DNA of 64,000 nt. Origin: Octopus vulgaris (taxonomy: Eukaryota). The DNA is taken from NCBI GenBank assembly GCA_951406725.2, contig OX597836.1:13454001-13518000 (forward strand), given 5' to 3'. The position numbers and the translations under genes were made by a program. The notes beneath the pieces are model-generated. The model was not told the DNA's origin. It saw only the letters and a program-made list of their open reading frames with translations, and made no database searches. Positions 57,788 to 64,000 of the stretch are shown here, in pieces. Positions within the stretch are counted from its first letter, which is position 1, and the number at the start of each line of letters is the position of its first letter.

Positions 57788-58699
57788 TATTCTACTGATT
57801 CTGCCAGCATCCACACACTACCATAGAATTGAAGAATTCTCACAAGACAAATCCTGTGAAACAACATAAAAATAGAATTTACGATTTTGTCGTGTTTTTT
57901 CACGTGCCACCAGCACAAGTGCCAGTAAGGTGACGCAGGTAACGATCACACTCGAATGGTGTGTTTAACGTGCCATCGGCACGAAGGGCAGCTTGTTGCT
58001 CTGGTAACGACCACGCTCGTATGGTACTCTTAGCGCTCCACTAGCAACGGATGCCAGTCATTGAATTTGATAAAAAAGACACGACGAAGTTATATTTGGA
58101 CGATGAGCCAAAGACTCAAATCTGGTAGAAATAAGACCAAAATCTAACAGGGTTAACCTCAAATATCAACAGGAATAAAGAAAACTTAATAAAGTCAGCA
58201 GAAATAAATTTCAACATGAAACATCTAAATAAAGATATAACAATGCGAATAATAAAAGAAAGGGAAAGTAATAAAAATAGTAAATACTTGTATCTAACAT
58301 AAACGACATGACAAGAATTAAGATATCAAATATTTACTTAGATCGACAACAATCGTCAGCGCCCTAAACATGTCACATGTCACACGTCACAATAGGAACC
58401 CAAGTAACAAAACATATTCAGAATATAGCAACCAGCAAAGTCACTTTTCAACTATTTCTTTCCCCTGAAAATCGGTCACGAAAAACCACACAAAAGAGAT
58501 GACAAATATAAAATGCAAGATATACACATTCCTCCAAAAAAACAAAAAAGGTTGTGGCCTTCACCATTTCCTTTCACAAGATGCCAGAAATGTAACTGGG
58601 AAATCGAAAAATAAAAAAAAAGAGAAAAAGAAAGACGCGAAAATCTTTGGGACAATACGGGAGAGTCACAAACACACACTTAATATATTTAGGGTCCGA

Positions 58700-59450
58700 T
58701 AAGGTAGCGAGCTGACAGAATCGTTAGCACGCCGGGGGAAATGCTTAGCAGTATTTCGTCTGCCGTTACGTTCTGAGTTCAAATTCTGCTGGGGTCGACT
58801 TTGCCTTTCATCCTTTCGAGGTAAATGCGGCGAGCTGGCAGAAACGTTAGCACACCGGGCGAAATGCGTAGCGGTATTTCGTCTGCCGCTACGTTCTGAG
58901 TTTAAATTCTGCCGAGGTCGATTTTGCCTTTCATCCTTTCGGGGTCGATAAATTAAGTACCAGTTACGCACTGGGGTCGATATAATCGACTTAATCCGTT
59001 TGGCTGTCCTTGTTTGTCCCCTCTGTGTTTAGCCCCTTCTAGGTAGTAAAGAAATAGGTATTTCGTCAGCCGTTACGTTCTGGGTTCAAATTCCGCCGAG
59101 GTCGACTTTGCTTTTCATCCTTTCGGGGTCGACTTTGCCTTTCATCCTTTCGAGGTCGATAAATTAAGTACTAGTTATGCACTGGGGACGATGTAATCGA
59201 CTTAATCCCTTTGTCTGTCCTTGTTTGTCCCCTATATGTTTAGCCCCTTATGGGCAATAAAGAAACAAGAAAAAAGAAACGTTAGTTCGACGTACAAAAT
59301 GCTTAGCGATATTTACGTTCTGAGTTCAAATCTCGTCAAAGTCAACTTCACTTTTTATTCCTTTGGATTCGTCAAAATAAAGTATCAGTCGATTACTGTG
59401 GTCGACAAAATCGACTTGTGTCAATCCCCCCGGAATTTCTGGCCTTGAAC
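58700..59450 (+). mobile_element. Cluster of SINE family B units
   Basis: Partial monomer, then a dimer with the aaagaaata|ggtatttcg junction, then an old copy. Confidence 0.8.
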
Positions 59451-59659
59451 GACGACGACGGCGAAGAGGCAAGCTAACCACGATGCAGTTGCCTTACCCG
59501 AAATACCAGCCAAATCGCCCGTCATTTCACCCTATTGGCTTAAAATAAGAAGGACACAGTAGAAAATGCAATCCTAGATAGAGTCCCCCTGAACAGACAG
59601 GATTGCCTTTGATTAGGGATCTGCTGGACCAAAGGCTGACCTAGGGTTAAACTTAAGCA

Positions 59660-60552
59660 GCGACCACCACTACCATTACCACCACCACCACCACCACCAA
59701 TACCGCTATCAGATCCATTTGAACTTTTAACGACCACTTCTAATGGTACCGCTAATGTTAGCACGGCAAAGACCACCAATGGTACAACCATCACCATCAC
59801 CACCACCACCACCACCACCACCACTACCACCATCACCACCACCACCCCACCACCACCATCTGTAGCGTATCTGCCACTAATACCACCACCTTGAAAAACA
59901 TCATCGTTACTACCGCCACCACAAAGACCACCAACGAGGCAACTACCACCGATACCGCAGCCAACAATTCTACCATCCCCACCACCAACACTTCAACCAC
60001 CACCACAATCACTACGACGACCACAGCAACCTACCATCCCCACCACCAACACTTCAACACCACCACTACAACTACCACAGCCACCAGCACCACCACCACA
60101 GCCACTAACACCACAACCACTACTACCACCAGCACTACAACCATCATCACCACCACCACCACCACCACCACCGCAAACACTACCACCATTATAACCACCG
60201 CATGACCACAACCAGCAACATCACCGCAACCACCATCACCACCTAGCCACCACTACCACTACCACCACAAACACCACCACCACAAACACCACCACTACCG
60301 ATACCATCACCACAACTTCCACCACAGCCACAGCCACCGTCACCGCAACCACTACCACTACTACCACCACCACTACTACCACCACAGCCACAGCCACCGT
60401 CACCGCAACCACTACCACTACTACCACCACCACCACTACCACCACCACTACTACCACCACCACTACTACTACTACCACCACCACTACTACCACCACCACA
60501 ACCTCCCCACCAGTACCAGTAAAAAAGACCACCCAAAATAGTACCGTTGCTT

Positions 60553-60583
<31 letters not shown>

Positions 60584-60700
60584 CAGTTCCACCTCCACGA
60601 CCGTCATCCCCAGCGCCACCACATCTCCAAAGACACCGTCGCCACGGCCGCAAAGAAAACACCGCCGACACCGCCGACACCACCACCACCACCGGCAAAC
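59660..60700. repeat. (ACC/ACT)n-rich low-complexity tract
   Basis: Degenerate trinucleotide repeats with an internal duplication of about 60 bp (60321-60440). Confidence 0.85.
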
Positions 60701-61171
60701 CACATCATACTGCCGCCGTCAATGGCGGGTCGCCAGGATTCCAATATAAACAACCCCGGGTCTTTCTTGTCAACCGCAAAAAAAAAAAAGGGTGTTTTCT
60801 AGAAGAACGATCTGAGAGAAGGAGAGAGAAATGTGTGCGGTGGGATTGGAGGGACGCTAGGTACATGTTTATCTGTGTGTGTGTGTGTGTGTGTGTGGGT
60901 ACCTGTGTGTGTGTGTATGTCTGTGTGTGTGTGTGTGTGTGGATAGATATAGGTATATGTATGTATATTTATATGTTTATATATATATATATATGTGTGT
61001 ATGTATATATATATATATATATGTGTGTATGTATATGTATATATATATATATGTATGTATATATGTATATATGTGTATCAGTAATCTACATGTTTATATG
61101 TATGTGTGTGTGTGGATGTCTGTGTGTGTGTGTATAGTTAGATAGATAGATATAGATATAGGCATATGTAT

Positions 61172-61212
<41 letters not shown>

Positions 61213-61732
61213 CATACATATATATACATATGTATATGTATATATGTATATATGTGTATCAGTATATCTACATGTTTATATGTGTGTGTGTGTGTGTGGA
61301 TGTTGTGTATGATATAAGGAAAGACTCTGAGAGAGAAAGAGAGAGCGCAAGAGAGAGAGAGAGAGGGAGAGAAAGGGAGAGAGAGTGAGAGAGAGAGAGA
61401 GACTACACTGCTTTGTTTATGCTAAGTCCACTAAATCTACCAATTTCTTTTCATGTCACTTGTTTTCTGAACTTGCTCCACAATCAACGTCTTGTATATC
61501 TCCCTTGATGACACTCACTCCTCTCTCTTCTACTCTCTCTCTCTCCCTCTCTCTCTCCCCTCTCTCCCCCTCTCTCTCTCCCTCTCTCTCTCTCTGTTCT
61601 TCTCTCTATCTCCCTCGCTCTCGCTCTCCCCTTCTCTCTGTCCCACTTTCGTCTCTATCACTTTTGTCATGTAACCTGTGTATCTCCCTCCATCGACGTA
61701 TGTGTCTTGTGTGTTCACATGCGCTTTAGTCC

Positions 61733-62010
61733 GTGGGAAAGCGTGTGGCTAAGTGGTTAGTGTATTCGGTTCACGATCGTAAGGTCCTGAGTTCGATACT
61801 CGGCGCTGCTGTGTTCTTCAGCAAGACATTTTATTTTACGATGCCCCAATCCACTCAACTTAGCAAGAACGAATTGTGCCTGTAATTCGAAGGGCCACCA
61901 GCCTTGTCATATTCTGTATCACGCCGAATCTCCCTAAGAATTATGTTAAGGGTATGCGTGTCTGTAGAGTGCTCAGCTATAGGTACGATAATTTCAGGAG
62001 CAGGCTGTTC
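61733..62010 (+). mobile_element. Diverged tRNA-derived SINE
   Basis: Similar to 923. Confidence 0.65.
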
Positions 62011-62097
62011 CATAGCAGTGCTTCTTAAACTATCTGATGCGATGTACCGGCAGTCCTCCCCCCCCCCCCAAGTGCCAGGGATCGGTAATATTTCTTA

Positions 62098-62637
62098 GGC
62101 GAGTGAGCTGGCAGAATCGTTAGCACGCCGGGCGAAACGCTTAGCGGTTTTCGTCTGCCGTTACGTTCTGAGTTCAAATTCCGCCGAGGTCGACTTTGCC
62201 TTTCATCCTTTCGGATTCGATTAAATAAGTACCAGTTGCGCACTGGGGTCGATGTAATCGACTTAATCCGTGTGTCTGTTCTTGTTTGTCCTCTCTATGT
62301 TTAGCCCCTTGTGGGTAGTAAAGAAATAGGTATTTCGGTCTGCCGATGAAAAGCAGAGTTGATCTCGGCGGAATTTGAACTCAGAACGTAACGGCAGACG
62401 AAATACCTATTCCTTTACTGCCCACAAGGGGCTACACACAGAAGGGAAAAACAAGGTCGGGCAAAGAGATTAAGTCGATTACATCGACCCCAGTGCGTAA
62501 CTGGTACTTAATTTATCGACCCGAAAGGATGAAAGGCAAAGTCGACCTCGGCGGAATTTGAACTCACAACGTAACGCAGACGAAATACCGCTACGCATTT
62601 CGCCCGGTGTGCTAACGTTTCTGCCAGCTCGCCGCCT
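62098..62637. mobile_element. Inverted pair of SINE family B copies
   Basis: Plus copy at 62098-62345 and minus copy at 62350-62637. Confidence 0.85.
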
Positions 62638-62974
62638 TAACACAGATTGGAATGATGATATGCAAATTATTCCGTGATACATCTCCGCAAGAGACGTAAT
62701 CGATTCCATTGGCCTTCAGCTCCCAGTGGTATTGAGAGAAGGAGAGAGAGAGAGAGTGAGAGAGACAGGGGGAGAGAAAGAGAAAGAGCGGTGGAATTAA
62801 CTCTGTCTCTCTGTGGTTTTAAAGCAACGCAAGTGCTGTGTGTATCCGGTCTCGTAGGAAGACGAGAATCGTGACATTTTTGCATATTCTTCCCTGACCG
62901 GAGTGAAGGGTATTTAAGATAACACTGACATTTCTTCATGTCAAACATAAAAAAAAGAAACTGCTCCCCCCCAC

Positions 62975-63026
<52 letters not shown>

Positions 63027-63212
63027 TTAAACCCCAGCATTCTCATCTCCCTACAGGATGCAAACATACAAACATTTGCAGTTTTTTTGAAAGGATTTTC
63101 CTTGACGTAGATCCCCATGAGATCCTTCAGGGTTTTAGGGAGTTGGCAACATACATACATATAGTATATTATATATATATATATTATATATATTATATAT
63201 ATGTATATATAT

Positions 63213-63398
<186 letters not shown>

Positions 63399-63476
63399 GT
63401 ATATAATAAACTATATGCATGTTTATATGTATAATATATAAATATTTATATAGATACATATATATATATATAAATA

Positions 63477-63655
63477 GGCGCAAGAGTGTGTGTGTGATGA
63501 GTAGATTGATTAGCAACCACAAGGTTCCGGGTTCAGTCCCACTGCGTGACACCTTGGGCAAGTGTCTACTGCTATAGCCTCGGACTGACCAAAGCCTTGT
63601 GAGTGGATTTGGTAGACAGAAGCTGAAAGAAGCCCGTCGTATATATGTGTGTGTT

Positions 63656-63745
<90 letters not shown>

Positions 63746-63955
63746 AGTGTGTGTTTGTCCCCATCACCGCTTGATAACCGTTATTGGTGTGTTTACGTCC
63801 TTGAAAAATAAGTTTTCGGCAAAAGACATCGACAGAATAAGTACCAGGCTTTAAAAAAGTCCTGGGGTCGACTTGTTCGACTAAAATCCTTTAAAGTAGT
63901 GCCCCAGCATGGCCGTAGCCTATTGACTGAAACCAGTAAAAAATAAAAGATAAAA
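63477..63955 (+). mobile_element. SINE family C
   Basis: Full-length copy with an expanded internal (TG)n. Confidence 0.85.
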
Positions 63956-64000
63956 GATGTATGTGTTCCTGTGTATGGTATCTGTGTGTGTATGTATGTG

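Noticed and set aside
62650-62900. Promoter suggested by ATGCAAAT, a CCAAT-like motif and GA repeats
   Set aside because: Short motifs alone, with no associated exon visible.

Overview
This is AT-rich, microsatellite-saturated animal DNA. The SINE families and repeat load suggest an octopod cephalopod, which is inference. The only host gene I can support is the 3' part of a + strand filamin of the jitterbug/FLN-2 type: 7 coding exons from 11726 to the stop at 51510, all introns phase 1, one of 29.9 kb. Nearly all listed ORFs are microsatellite artefacts. The introns and flanks hold tRNA-derived SINEs (some as head-to-tail trimers with a single TSD), a young 5'-truncated RTE LINE, a Dong/R4 3' end in a (TAA)n array, two non-autonomous Helitrons and several Penelope-like element (PLE) remnants. 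The most striking hidden signal is about 20 type I hammerhead ribozyme (HHR) motifs from roughly ten distinct short-element families. They sit in or beside (TA)n tracts, often as fold-back inverted repeats, and have palindromic stem III. Their cores include canonical CUGANGA, compensatory G3-C8 and U3-A8 swaps, and U4C and A6U variants. One lies in a 477-bp partially tandem, retrozyme-like non-coding unit. All folds were read by eye and no activity is shown.
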